A DNA stretch of 64,000 nucleotides from Carcharhinus longimanus. Taxonomy: Eukaryota. Positions within the stretch are counted from its first letter, which is position 1. Each line of letters opens with the position of its first letter. Position numbers and translations under genes: made by a program. The stretch is taken from the NCBI GenBank assembly GCA_030264375.1, contig JASCQW010000137.1, forward strand, positions 23,721,453 through 23,785,452. The letters are read 5' to 3'. Positions 12,378 to 25,099 of this stretch are shown here, one piece after another. The notes below the pieces were generated by a model, which was not told where the DNA came from, did not search any database, and saw nothing but the letters and a program-made list of their open reading frames with translations.

Positions 12378-14280
12378 TTGCAATATTTCTTCCCAGTTGT
12401 CACATGGTTTGTCCGTATTGAAAGTCTATCTAGTGACAGAGCATAGGGAAAGGGTGATGAGGAAAAGGAGTGGGTCAGGTCTGCTGTAATACGTTTGCAC
12501 GGAGTGTCACGGACCCTTGTGTGAGAATAGGAGTATCATAAAAGTTGTTAACATATCCTTATGGGATTGAGCTGCCCAACAGTTCCTCAGGTTATATGTT
12601 TGTAACAAGTCTTTATTTGATGTGTTGGGTTTTTTTTTGTGCAGACATTATATCAAAAGCTGCAGATGTTATACAATGTGAAAAGTTACATACATTTAGT
12701 TGTATTGAGTCACATGAGTAAATAATTACAAGAGCTCTGCATTATCGATTATGGTTGATCTTGAGATTTGTTGTGAAAAGGGCTTTGCATTTTGATTCTC
12801 AAGAGTTTCATGAGGACGTGGTTTCTTTCAAACTGTTGCCCTCCAGTCCACATCGCAAAGTCAAAGTATTTGACTCTCTAGGATTCCTAATATTAGTGCT
12901 GATATTTTTCACATTTCTCTACCCATGCCTTCTCAAGCTCCATGGAGTTGTTGTCATACCTCACTTACGCATCGACCACTGCTACCTTCTGTCCCTTCTT
13001 AATAATTGTTAAGCTGCTGCATTGTCCCAACCTGTGCTTTAATCTTTGCTTCAAGGTACAGTACATATTTGGATATTTTTCCACAGTTTTATTGTGGCTC
13101 TTAATCTGAGCATGCTTGACTCACAGCGGCTGCCAGATATGTTCTTGGGGGTTTTGTTGGTTTGTTGCCCCGTCCTGCACATTGTCATCTTATTAGAATA
13201 GTTGTGGAAAGTAGTGTACTTTATCAGACAAAAGTTGCAAACTATTGATGAAGTGGGACAGTTTGGGATAGTGAATTTATTCATCCATGAGCACTATTGT
13301 CATTTGTCAATTGCCACTTTATCAATTCAGTAATAATGAACACCAGCATCTTGACAATGGAAGTCTGCCCACCTCACGAACTTTCATTCTATCCATCTGC
13401 AAACCTATTCCTAAACTTTGTCTCTCAGGTGTTTGGAAATGTACACGTTGCACCTTCAATGTTTCTCCTGGCATTGGTGGCAGTCTTTGCTGTATATCAT
13501 CTTCCAGAGTTTCACCATGGCAGTTTGAAGGAAATCCATGGGGATTTTCAAAATTTTGAACCTCATGATGGTGTTGGTATTGTTGCCCTTGGTTTTGAAA
13601 TGATGCCTTGATGGCTACATTGTTAGAGTTCAGAAGATATTCTAGCTTCTGGATTATTGCCAACAAGATCCGGATCTCTAAGTTGAGCAGGCCCAGCCCC
13701 TGTATTTGTTACTAGTGTAGAATATGGTAGCCGTGATATCACTTGGAGGGGGGGGGTACAGAATCTCCTTTGCCAACTTTCTTGTACTGTCAAGTTCTGG
13801 TCATACATTCTGTTAGGATTAAATTATTGTCGATTCTTGATTATGTATTTTCAGGATCTGAAACTTCAAAATTGTATTTGTTCTATCAGTCTTAGGCATG
13901 TAATCCAAAAACTGAGCTTGGATATTATTTGTCTTCAGTGACTCTGACCTATGAGCTTATGTGGGTGCCCAGGTACTTTTCCGTTTCCCTGGAGAAAATT
14001 GTTGTCCATGGGATTGCCATTTATGTACCCAGGTAGGTCCTCGGTGAACATATAGAAAAGCCTTTCCTTTGTAAGGGGCCTGCTGCCCTTTTGGCGTTGA
14101 TTATGAATACTATTTTTTTTTTTGCAAAGTGACTAAATGAGACCTTCAAGCTCTTTGTCATTCCAGCATGGGAATTACTAAGCAGTACTATGTTATGAGC
14201 GCAAGCCAGCGAAAATCTGTTGATTGTTCTGTTTTACAGTTACGTTAACTTTCTCCAACTAACATGTTGATGGGTCCTTG
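12378..14280 (-). mobile_element. Decayed, 5'-truncated R2-clade (RLE) non-LTR retrotransposon
   Basis: Minus-strand translation across stops and frameshifts gives, in order: SLACAHNIVLLSNSHAGM (FADD region, CAHN at 14192-14203), ETEKYLG (KYLG 13967-13978), IISKLSFWI, IFYTSNKY..GLGLLNL, degenerate CCHC (CRTG..TPKNISGSRC; AQIKSHN), and KKGQKVAVVDA*VRYDNNSMELEKAWVEKCEKYQH..VKYFDFAMWTGGQQFERNHVLMKLL. These match recalled vertebrate R2 RT and restriction-like endonuclease motifs; a ~350-nt 3' UTR follows. Confidence 0.85.
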
Positions 14281-14619
14281 AAGCTACCACACAGAAGGTT
14301 TGAAAGTTTGTGTCAGGAGTGCGTTGGGAACATTGTGACTTGGTTATTCATGAAGGTTTCAGCAGAAATTAAGCTGAACTAGGGTCAGAGACATTGTTAG
14401 AGGTGGAAGGATTTTTTTCAAACTTGCTCTTTTTTTCCATTTTTAGATCATTTTTGTTGTTTAAATTTACAGATTTTGAGTTATGTCTGTGATGGAAAGA
14501 ATATGCAAACACAAATTCAGCTAGGGATTGAATATTAAATCAAGGTCGCGAACAGTCTGAGTAACCCTGAGCTGGCTGCCATAGAAGGTGGTAGAATTTT
14601 TGGCAACAACTGCAACATC

Positions 14620-15160
14620 TTCCTTTGTGCCAGATATGAATCTCCACTAATGCAGCGCTTTTCCCCTGATTTACATTGACTTCAATTTTGCTGGTGCTCC
14701 TTGATGCCACACCCAGTCAAGTGTGACCTTGATCTCAAGGGCAATCACTCTCAGCTTGCCCTTGAAATAAAGCTTTTTTTCCATATTTGGATGAAGGCTG
14801 TAAAAAGGCCTGGAGCTAAGCACCCTTGGCAAAACTCAAACTGACTTGGTAAGCAGGTTATTGCTGAGTGACTGCTGCTTGTCAATAACACCTTCCACCA
14901 CTTAGCTGACTATTTTCATGGACAGGACATAACTGGCTAATTTTCCACATTGTCAGGTAGATGTCAGTGTTGTAGTTGTAGAAAAGCTTGGATAAAAATG
15001 CAGCTACTTCTGGTCTTCAGTACGAGTCGGGATGTTGTCAGGACTCATGGCCTTTGCAGTATCCAGTGCCTTCAGCCCTTTCTTGATGTGTGTTGTAATT
15101 TGGATTGGCTGAAGACTGGTGTCTCTGATGCAGGGGACTTAGGAGAAGGTTGAGATATAA
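14620..15160 (-). mobile_element. CR1-superfamily LINE RT fragment
   Basis: GCTCCTTGATGCCACACCCAGTCAAGTGTGACCTTGATCTC is the reverse of an LDIKAAFDRVWHQG-type motif. Confidence 0.65.
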
Positions 15161-16169
15161 TCTATAAAATTATAGTCCACTCCCACCTCATTTGCTGCAA
15201 GAACTTAATACAGTATTTATTTCTAATTTCCTGCCCCATTTTAAAAGTTGACTGAACAGAAAACAGCTTAATTGGTGACTTTCTTAGCCACAGTTTTCTG
15301 TTGTAGAATATTGGCCGTGTATGTTTGTGCCCAACAGTTAAAAGTTCCATTTCGAAATCTCTATCAGTGTGAATTGTTCCCTGATGTACACTATCTTTGC
15401 GAAAGCAACTTTAGAAATATGAATTAGAAAACTCAGTGAGCAGCAAATATACCTGGCCATACCTTCTCCTCTAAAACTCCAACTAATGCTTTTTCTCTAA
15501 CATCTCTTCCTCTTTGAATGAAAACATCAATTCTTGATGGGATACAGGTAGCTTCAGCTGTTCACCATCTCACCTGAATGTTTTTTTCTCTTTGTGTAAG
15601 TTTAGATATTGAGTATCAGGAAATCAGTTAACAAGGGAAGGGACAATTCTACCTAATCCAGTTTCCACCTGACATCCACACATGGGGGCTTTCCAGCATA
15701 CATAAGGAAATTCCAGCTTGTTTTTATTTTTCACACACATTTCCCCCATTAGCCTCAGGCCAGTTGCAGCATCTCAAATGTAGTTGACTGTGTTTTGACA
15801 AAAATAAAATCTGCCAGATTTATTTGCTCGATTGGAATCTGTCAAAGTATGTGTTGTGACAATAACATGGTATGTTGATGCATTGCTGAGTAATCCCTCA
15901 TGTCTAATTTTTGTTTTACAGCATTTACTAATGCTTCAACATGTCATTGTTTCCAAAACAGTATAGGCAGTAGGTCTCCTGCAAGAGTGGCACAGCTAGA
16001 CTTTACATTGGAACTTTGCACCCTTTATTTCCCAAGATAAAAGGACATGTTGTAGGAGAATAATCAACATGTTGTACAAGATGCATTCTGTATATTTACT
16101 GGGAGTTTGAGTGTTTTTGCTCCTTTGTTTCTAACGAATGGACCAAACGTGCTCAGTATGCAGCAAGAT

Positions 16170-16410
16170 AATAGTTACCTGAGGGCGAGCTTTTTTCACT
16201 CTGAGGGTGGAATGAGCTACTAGAGGCAGTTGTAGAGATGGGTAGAATTTTGTCTTTTAAAAAAAGCATTAGACAGATTACATGGTTAAGATGGGTGTAG
16301 AGGGATATGGGCCGAATGTGGGCAATTGAGACTAGATTAGTGTAAAAACCAGGCGGCATTGACAAGTTGGGCCAAAGGGCCTGTTTCCATGCTATAAACC
16401 TGTATGTCTC
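16170..16410 (+). mobile_element. CR1 LINE 3' fragment
   Basis: TTTTTCACTCTGAGGGTGG..GGGCCAAAGGGCCTGTTTCCATGCT tail. Confidence 0.75.
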
Positions 16411-17289
16411 TAATCATTCGACTTCAGAATTTGTAACTGTGGCAGTACTGCATGGAAGCTTCAAATGGGGGTGTCACAGTGATGTAACTAGTTGGAGTTT
16501 GCACCACAGATCAGTTTTGTGATCTGCCATTCTCAGTGCTAAAATTGCTCTGTTATTATGATTTGAGCAGAGGCCACCCACTTTGTACAGAGGCAGAAAG
16601 CACTCTTATACAGTCAGCCATAAAGCATCACCAGCAGAATCATGGAAGTAGTTCACCATTGATGTTTAACGAGGAAAAGAAGAAAAGGAAAATGTTAACA
16701 CTTTTCAAACATTCTAATGAGTAAAAAATTGTGTTATTGAGCCATTCAGTCTTTGGGTTTGCTGATTCAGACAGACTATTGGGAGCGATGTTTTAATTCA
16801 CCTCTCTGAGCTAGAAAGGTGTTAAAATAGATCCTGATTTTTTTTTTTAATCCTGACTATTTTACAGGGATCTGTGCTGGGAAGTGTGTGTATGGGCACA
16901 TTGATTTTGAATGTAGCAATTATTTTACACTGGGCAACAGAGGTGTCTCACCATGCACAGTTTTACTCAGTTTATTCATGTCACTGGTTCAACCCAGTTG
17001 AACCCAGTTGAACCAGTTGAGCATAATCTTTTAGCACATTAGCAAGTTCAGGTTTCTTGACAAAAAAGAAAGTACCTACCTTTTCCCTGAAATTAAATAT
17101 ACGAGTTAAGCAAGATAGCCATCTAACCTTTGTATTCTTGCATAAAGAATTATGCTCAGCACCTACTTCCTTACCGAAGTGTGGGAAAGCACCTGGAGTT
17201 CCATGTTTTGAATGTAATAAAATGAATATGTCTTTAATATGACAATGCCTTGAATACCTAATTCAGTATTTTTCATTGCAAGTGTAACT

Positions 17290-18130
17290 TTCAGCATAAA
17301 AAAATCCCAAACAGGATGCATTGGCTTTTATCTTTTGTGTGGCACCAGAATGCTTTCCAATCATTACTGCAGCTCCAACTGTGCAAACAGACCCTGATGC
17401 AATTTATCCAGCTGATTTTTGCTGAAGTCATGGAATCGTCTAATATTTTTGAAAGTATTATCTGATTTCTTGTCTTGAGCCCTTTGCAATTCAGAACATC
17501 GCCTTTTACTTCCTTATTCCACACATTCCAAAAGGGGGCGAATAAATGAAACATTTTAAAAATGTTCACGAATCCATCCGTTTATATTGCAAAGTTATTG
17601 TCACACAGCCGATTAATGTACTGCACAATATGCCTTTTGACATTAAATCAATCCAGCATTTGACAGTGTCATTTGATATCTGCATTTTTTCCAGTTCCTT
17701 GGCCTTCTGGTCTCAAGCACTTCCCTTGCAATTTCATGGCACATGGCATTATCAATTTCTCAGCAATTGCAAGCAGCTTTTGCTTTAGCAATTTTTTGCA
17801 CCATTATAGAATGAGACTGCAAGCTGTTTGCCAGTGGTAGTTGTGGATTTCATTACAGCTTTAGTACGGAATAGTTCCTTTGCTCAAAGAAAATTAACTT
17901 TTCTTTCTGCTTTATATTCCATGCTTGATAATTAATGTCTCTGTTATTTTTAAGGTTAACACGTTGCACATTGTTGCTTCCAATACAAATAGCAAAATTC
18001 AAAGAGCTGTCTTCATACTTTGCAGGGTGAATGCAAGTTTTGTTTTGTGCTCAATCCTCTACCTCCTTGGATTTTATCAACAATATAGTTGAAGTTCTGC
18101 AGCATTGCTCTGTGGGTTTTCTCATTTTGA
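17290..18130 (-). mobile_element. hAT (Buster/Charlie, ZBED5-like) transposase fossil
   Basis: Minus-strand remnants IAKAK..AIAEKLIMPCA, KELEKMQISNDTVKCWIDLMS, FAI*TDG, LDDSMTSAKISWINCIRVC resemble Buster/Charlie motifs (TIAE.LI.P, LSNDTV.RRI, FALQLDES, W..C..VCTDGA); many frameshifts. Confidence 0.75.
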
Positions 18131-18182
18131 ATGGCTGATTGAATTAAAAGCTGTTAAATATGTGCGTTTACAAAAAAAATTC

Positions 18183-18250
18183 CTGTTATTTATAATTTTT
18201 CTAATCTGTTATTTATAATTTTTCTAATTTTTTATAATTTTTCTAATTTC
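18183..18250. repeat. AT-rich short tandem repeat (~23-nt unit CTGTTATTTATAATTTTTCTAAT)
   Basis: Two near-complete copies plus one partial copy. Confidence 0.8.
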
Positions 18251-18643
18251 TGAAATAGCTGCATCGGTATCCTCAGATTAAGCACATTTTAATAGCATGG
18301 TTCCATTTTGGCATGGTTACTGAGCATGTGCAAGAACTGCATTATAACTGCAGATGCTCAGTCTTTTCTTTGAACGTGCTGCTTCTTCATTCGCCACCTT
18401 TCCAGGCGTGCTCACTCCCTCCAACTTGCCACCCTTCTTAGCCTCTCACTCCCTCTGTCTTGCCACCCATCTCTCAAATCCCTTACTGCTTCCCTGTTGC
18501 CAAACCTTTGCTCTATTCCAGGTCATGAGGGGTTGGAGAGCAAGGCAAGAGAGGGAGGTCAGGAAGTGAAAGAGATGATTGGAAGGGAGTGAGCCAGATG
18601 GCAAGCAAGTGGGTAGAAGATAAGTTAGTACGGGTGATAAGTT

Positions 18644-18950
18644 TGGGTGGAATATGGTACACTGGTTAATACTTCTGCCTCACAGCACCAGGGACCTGGG
18701 TTCAATTCTGGCCTCGAACGACTATCTGCATGGAGTTTGCACATTCTCCCCTTGTCTACGTGCGTTTCCTCGGATGCTCCAGTTTTCTCCCAGACTCCAA
18801 AAGATATGTGGATTAAGTTGATTGGCCATATTAAATTGCCCCTTAATGTCAGGGAGATTGCATGGAGTTATGGGGAAAGGGCCTGGGTGGGATTGTTGTT
18901 GGTGCAGACTTGATGGGCCAAATGGCCTTCTGCACTGAGTGATCCTGTGG
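18644..18950 (+). mobile_element. HE1-like V-SINE
   Basis: GCCTCACAGCACCAGGGACCTGGGTTCAATTC head, V-domain core, tail. Confidence 0.85.
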
Positions 18951-20002
18951 TAAGTTTAAAGAGGATTTTTGGGTCAATTCAAAATAGCCAATAAGTTTTT
19001 AATATAAAAATTACAGGTCAGGAATATATCTCACCCTATTACATGGTTTCTTATAAGGAAAGTGATTTTCAGTCAGCAGCTATTTTTTAAGAACATAATC
19101 TGAGTGCTAAATGAGGGATTGTTGCAAAATGCCTTGCATAAGGCAAAAATCTATTATGTTATCTGGGAACATGTTAATTTATGTGCTTTCAGCCTGTGAT
19201 GAGCACATTGTTTATTACACGTGTTTTATTTTAGGCAGACTTTTTGAAACCTTCTCATGGGGCCCCAAATAAGAATCCTTGCATTAAACTATATACCTTT
19301 TCAATTTATTTTCCTTGAAAAGGCATTATGTTTTGAGTTTAAATTTGAACTCTTTATTAATTGATCAATTAAAATGTTCAATAACTTGTAGATACTTCCT
19401 AAGTTGGGTGAAGATTTTGTTTATCTTCTCATAAATATTGCATGTCAGCGTTTTGTTTTGCTTTCAGAAATTCTAATATTCAGTTTAGAATGCGTGTGTG
19501 CATATTGGTTGAGAACTATTTTTAATATTCTTGCCTGTGGCAGTCAATTAATTTTAGTACATGAATATTATCTTTAAGTTTCAGTATTGAATTTTACCAG
19601 AAGTATGATGAGACTGAACTGCAGTATGAACATAGGATGAGGCAAAGAGGAGAGATCCAGTTTCGCCTCTTCCTCTATTCAAGTACCCTAATGGATATGG
19701 TATATACAAGAGGAGAGAATGAAAGGACAAGAGTTGAAGCTTTGTTCCAATGTTTTTCATAATTTTGCAACCTTTAGCAAATTTCCCAAATATAAAGCCC
19801 AAATTTTGCAGTCAGCAGTGATGTAACCGCACTCAATGCTGACCGCTAAGAAAGCTACCCACAAAATGAGGTATAGATTTTCCCTTTCTTGGCAACAAAT
19901 TGAATCTGGTGCCAAGCCAAGGGCATCCCCAAGCATCCACTGATGTCATTAAGTGATATAGGTAGCCAGTAACATTAAAATATTGTCAAAGACCACAAAT
20001 AG

Positions 20003-20215
20003 AGTCATAGAAACCCTAAAGTGCAGAAGGACACCATTTGGCCCATCAAGTTTGCACCAAAAACAATCCCATCCCCACAACCCCATGCATTTACCCCGCT
20101 AATCCCTCGAACCTACGCATCCCGGAACATTATGGGCAATTTAGCATGGCCAATCAACCTAACCCGTACATCTTTGCTTGGGAGGAAACTGGAGCATCCA
20201 GAGGAAACCTAGATG
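20003..20215 (-). mobile_element. HE1-like V-SINE fragment
   Basis: GGGCAATTTAGCATGGCCAATC..GGAGGAAACTGGAGCA (reverse of core). Confidence 0.8.
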
Positions 20216-21639
20216 GACAGAGGGAAACGGAAGTGAAATGCTTTGAGTTTTTAACTTTCGATTTAAAAGTTTACAGAAATAAGTGACTGGGACAGTCACA
20301 AGAACTTGGGATAGAAGCTGAGATACCAAACCTGTTTTGAAAATATTTTTATTTTGATGAGCTTTTCATTATAATTTGGTAATCATTACAAATATGTTCT
20401 AGCCTTAGATGGATTTTTAATCAGTAAGGAAATCAAGGGTTATGGGGATACGGTAGAAAAGTGAAATTGAGAGTTATCATAGATCAGTCATGGTGTCATT
20501 GAATGACAGAGCAGAGTTGATTGGCCGAATGGTCTACTTCTGCTCCGATGTTTTATCTTGTGAAATTTGACACTCAACAAATGTAAAATTAGTTTAGGCA
20601 CATTGAGGCTGTTCAGTAATTATGAACTTAACATGTCATTTAATACCCAGTCACTGCTCATTCAACAAGATGTAACTTTTTCAAAGATTTTAAGCAAGAT
20701 TTGGTGGGTAAAAGAACATTGAGTAAAAAGTGATATCTTAACTGATTGCAGTTTGGGAGAACTGAAGAGCACATCCTGTGGGGAAGCATAGAAATCACTC
20801 AGTGATTTCTGTGCTCTAACTGTGTAAGTGCAAACTATAGAAGCCACTTTCTGGGAGTCATGATGGCTTGTTTTATGCCATTGCAATATACTGATCCATT
20901 TTACTTTGTCTATTATATTCACCTGTATTTTGATTTTATTGACATTTAACTCAGTACATTGTTTTTGGTGATTTATTTTTGCTGAACCATTTGTCCTGTT
21001 GCATTATTGTAATATGACAATTATAAATATGATGACATGGCAACATATCTTTCAACTTATGGTTGGTGCTTATACAATATAATATAGAAGCTATAGAAAG
21101 GTTGCAGCATTGATCAAGGCAATTCAGCTCCTCATGTCTGTGCTGGTTGAAAAAACTATCCAGCCATTTTAATCCCACCATCCAGTGCCCGGCCCATAGT
21201 CTTGCAAGTTACAGCACTTCAGGTATAAATCCAATTACGTTGTAAATAAATTGAAGGTATCTGCCTCAACCACCAATCCAGTAAATTCCAGACACCTACC
21301 ACTGTCTGTGTCAAAAAGTTTTTCCTAATATCCACACTAATCCTTCTACTAATCACCTTAAATCTATGCCTTCTGGTAATTGGCCTCTCCACTACTCTTC
21401 CTGTCTACTTTATCTAGGCCCCTCATCATTTTGTACACTTCAATCAGGTCATCCTTAAGTCTTCTCTGTTTTAGGGAATACAACACCAGCCTATATCCTC
21501 ATCGCTGCAATTTTGCAGCCCTGACAACATTCTACTATATTTCTTTTGCACTCTCTCCAAAGTAAATATGTCCTTCCTGTAAAGCGGTGAGCAGAAGTGT
21601 ACGCAAACTTCCAGTTTTGGCCTAACATCATTTATAATT

Positions 21640-22232
21640 TAGAATCCCTACAGTGCAGAAAGCTATCGAGTCTGAGTTGACTTTCCAAAAGAGCATCTCA
21701 CCCAGGCCCTCCCCTCTGCCCTACCCCTGTAACTCCACACAAACGAGGGCTAATCCACCAAACCTACACACCTTTGGACACTGAGGGCAATTTAACGTGG
21801 CCAGTTCACCTAACCTGCACATCTTTGGCCTGTGGGTAGAAACCAGAGCACTCTGAAGAAACCCGCGCAAACACGGAGAGAACATGCAGACTCCAAACAG
21901 ATAGAACACAGATTTAAGGTGCGGGGAGGAAAGTACAGAAGTGATGTTAGGGGTAAGTTTTTCACTCAGAGGGTGGTGAGTNNNNNNNNNNNNNNNNNNN
22001 NNNNNNNNNNNNNNNNNNNNNNNNNNNNNNNNNNNNNNNNNNNNNNNNNNNNNNNNNNNNNNNNNNNNNNNNNNNNNNNNNATTGGTAGGTGTTGATGTG
22101 ATCGGCACAACTCGTGGGCCGAAGGGCCTGTTTGTGCTGTAGTGTTCTATGTTCTATAGTCACCCAAAGCTGGAATCAAATCTGGGGCCCTGGCACTGCA
22201 AAGCAGCAATGCCAATCACTCTACCACTCTGC
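21640..22232 (-). mobile_element. HE1-like SINE split by a + strand CR1 3' fragment (~21900-22157)
   Basis: SINE core at 21640-21897 and head at ~22158-22232 are separated by HRFKVRGGKYRSDVRGKFFTQRVV and a TTCTATG tail. Confidence 0.75.
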
Positions 22233-24570
22233 ACTTGATATTGATTATAAAATTGAAGTCAAAAATAGCTATGAATTGAAGATGTACCAGCAGTGACTTT
22301 CAAAAGTTAATGACCATTGTAGTAACACTTCTGAATCTTAATTTCATAGCTGCATTTAAATGAAAGAAATATATTTTAATGTAAATTAATAATATAATGA
22401 ACAATCTAACCCAAAATAGACATCAGTGGAAGGACCAGGTAGTATGAAAACAAGAGGCTCTGGACCTATTTGTGAGTTGTTGAATGAAGCTGTTCTGGAA
22501 AAAATGGACTTGTAAAATCACTGCTGGCCAGTATGTTTTGTGCTGTGCAGCGGATAAATTACAACCCACCACCTTCTCCGTACATCTTCGAACTGTACCT
22601 CATAACACAGTAAATGGACAGGCTCGAAGGTTGGCACCCTGCTTACTGTATGTAAACTGAATCAATACTTAATTATTTATTTATCAAGCTGCCCATGCCA
22701 CATTACAGTTGGTGTTGGCCAGCAGGCAGGTATTAGTTAAAATGGGAAGAAAGAGGAGATGCAACATTTGGGGGGCAATCCCTGTGTATTGGGGTAACAT
22801 ACCCTTCCCCCAATTTTGTTCCTTCCCACTTGACCTTCAAAATGTATCCAATCCCTCCCTTTCCCAGACCCTGGATTTGTGTTCGGACACCTTGGCTGCC
22901 TTCCTCATAGGCCTGCTTGCAGCCCCAGCAACGCTCACTGCTCAGTTCAGGCGCTGTTAGGACTATTAGAATTGCCAGCAAATAAGATCTCGAGAGTAGT
23001 TTTCTTCCCACTGTGGGGTGGAAATCACACTCTTGGCCTGGTTAGCCCATCCGCAGCTTGTGATGGCTGCGGGGGTGGACTTCTTTTCCATGCATTGGCT
23101 GCTGGCCCACTCTGCAATAGGGGGCCGCCATAAACTCCAGTTCAAGGTGTGAATATTTTTTAAATCAGTTGGATTCATAAAGCAGGGAAATTGCACATCC
23201 TGAAACATTAATTGACTCCAGATTTCTTGAAATGCTGTAGTTAAATTGATGTAATATTATGCACAGATAGCTTGAAATATCAAGAACCAATTATCATTCT
23301 TTTTAAATTGTGAATGATAGATGGTTGTCCTTAACAATTTTCTTGGTTAGTAAAGTTTTTAATTAATGTTTTCATATAAAGAAATTACTTCATGGTTAGA
23401 ATGTAATTTGATTTATTTGATGCATTTCNNNNNNNNNNNNNNNNNNNNNNNNNNNNNNNNNNNNNNNNNNNNNNNNNNNNNNNNNNNNNNNNNNNNNNNN
23501 NNNNNNNNNNNNNNNNNNNNNNNNNNNNACCTTGAAAGCTTGTGAGTTTACTATCAAATAAATCGGTTGGACTTAAACCTGGTGTTGTCAGACTTCTTAC
23601 TGTGTATTAAACTGACAGTGTTCCCATTATCTAAGCCAGGAATTGGTCTAAGTAATTGACATTAAGCTTCCATTTATTTGAATTCCTGGAAAGTTTTTTA
23701 ATTATTTGTTTTCAACTTTCTTTCTTGAGAGCTTTGCTTTTTCACTGTGATATACTTCCAAAACTAACAATTGCACTCCAATGTCTCACCCAAGTAACCA
23801 TTATTCACATGTAAACTTTCACAGTGAATGATGGTGAGCTGTTCCACAATAGAGGACATTGTAGCCAAGTCCAACTGAATCTGCATCTGACAAATTCCAG
23901 CCATAGGCTCTGGATAGCGATCAGGGAAAATCTGGCTGATTTTTCTCTTCAGCAATCCCAGGTAGTAAAGCTGTTGTCGCACCTGTGCCATTATTCTGGC
24001 AAAAAACAGCTAACACAGCAAAAGCAGCACAGACATGACATTCAACCTGTCTCCTTAAATTAGTACAGTAGGAAAACATTCCATGGTCATTTGTCATCTC
24101 CTTTCATCTTCAGTGTTAAATGCGCAAAAATTAGAGCACATCTCCCTCCAGATTATGAACCAGTTCTCAAGTAACGATCTGAAGGTTTCCTGTTTGAATT
24201 TTGTTCTTATTATACCTACTGCACTTTGACTTATCAAATGTCATTCCACCACTGGTACTGTATGATGGCTGAGGTGCTGCTTTGGTTTGAATTTCAACCC
24301 CAGGTCTGATAGCTTAGTTAAAAGCAAAATACTGCAGATGCCAGAACAAAAACAAAAATGCTGGCAAGTCTTAGCAGGCCTGACAGCATTTGTGGAAAGA
24401 GAATAGAGCTGTCAGATATGATAGCTTAGCACTGGCAATGCAGTTTGTTACCTCAATGGGTTGGCTGTGTTTGGAATACCTAAGCCCTATCAAGCTTCAT
24501 TCTGTTGAATCTAGAAGTATTTTCTCAACCATTCTAAATGTCTTGAACTACAGCAAACTAAAGACTTTTT

Positions 24571-24860
24571 GCATGGTGGCACAGTGGTTAGTACTGCTGC
24601 CTCACAGCACCAGGGATCCAGGTTGGATTCCTGGCTTGGGTCACAGTCTGCATGTTCTTCCTGTGTATGGGTTTCCCCCGCATGCTCNNNNNNNNNNNNN
24701 NNNNNNNNNNNNNNNNNNNNNNNNNNNNNNNNNNNNNNNNNNNNNNNNNNNNNNNNNNNNNNNNNNNAATAGGTGCCAGAGTGAGGCGACTAGGGGATTT
24801 TCACAGTAGCTTCATTGCAGTGTTAATGTAAGCCTACTTGTGACTAATAAATAAGCTTTA
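24571..24860 (+). mobile_element. HE1-like SINE (spans gap)
   Basis: GGTGGCACAGTGGTTAGTACTGCTGCCTCACAGC head; GTGACTAATAAATAA tail. Confidence 0.8.
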
Positions 24861-25099
24861 ACTTTTATAAGGAGGATGCACACGGTGGAATAACACAAAA
24901 CTGGTATAATGTAGCAGCTATGGGCATATGGATTTGAAAATATATTTACAGTACTCTAATACAATATAATTTCAACTTTTATTCTGGTAAATAAGCAATT
25001 TCACCTTTACTTATGTGTAATTTTTCGTTTTACATCTAACATTTAAAAAGTATGTTTGCTGTTGTGAGATGTGGAGAGATGTTGAGGATACTGTGATAA

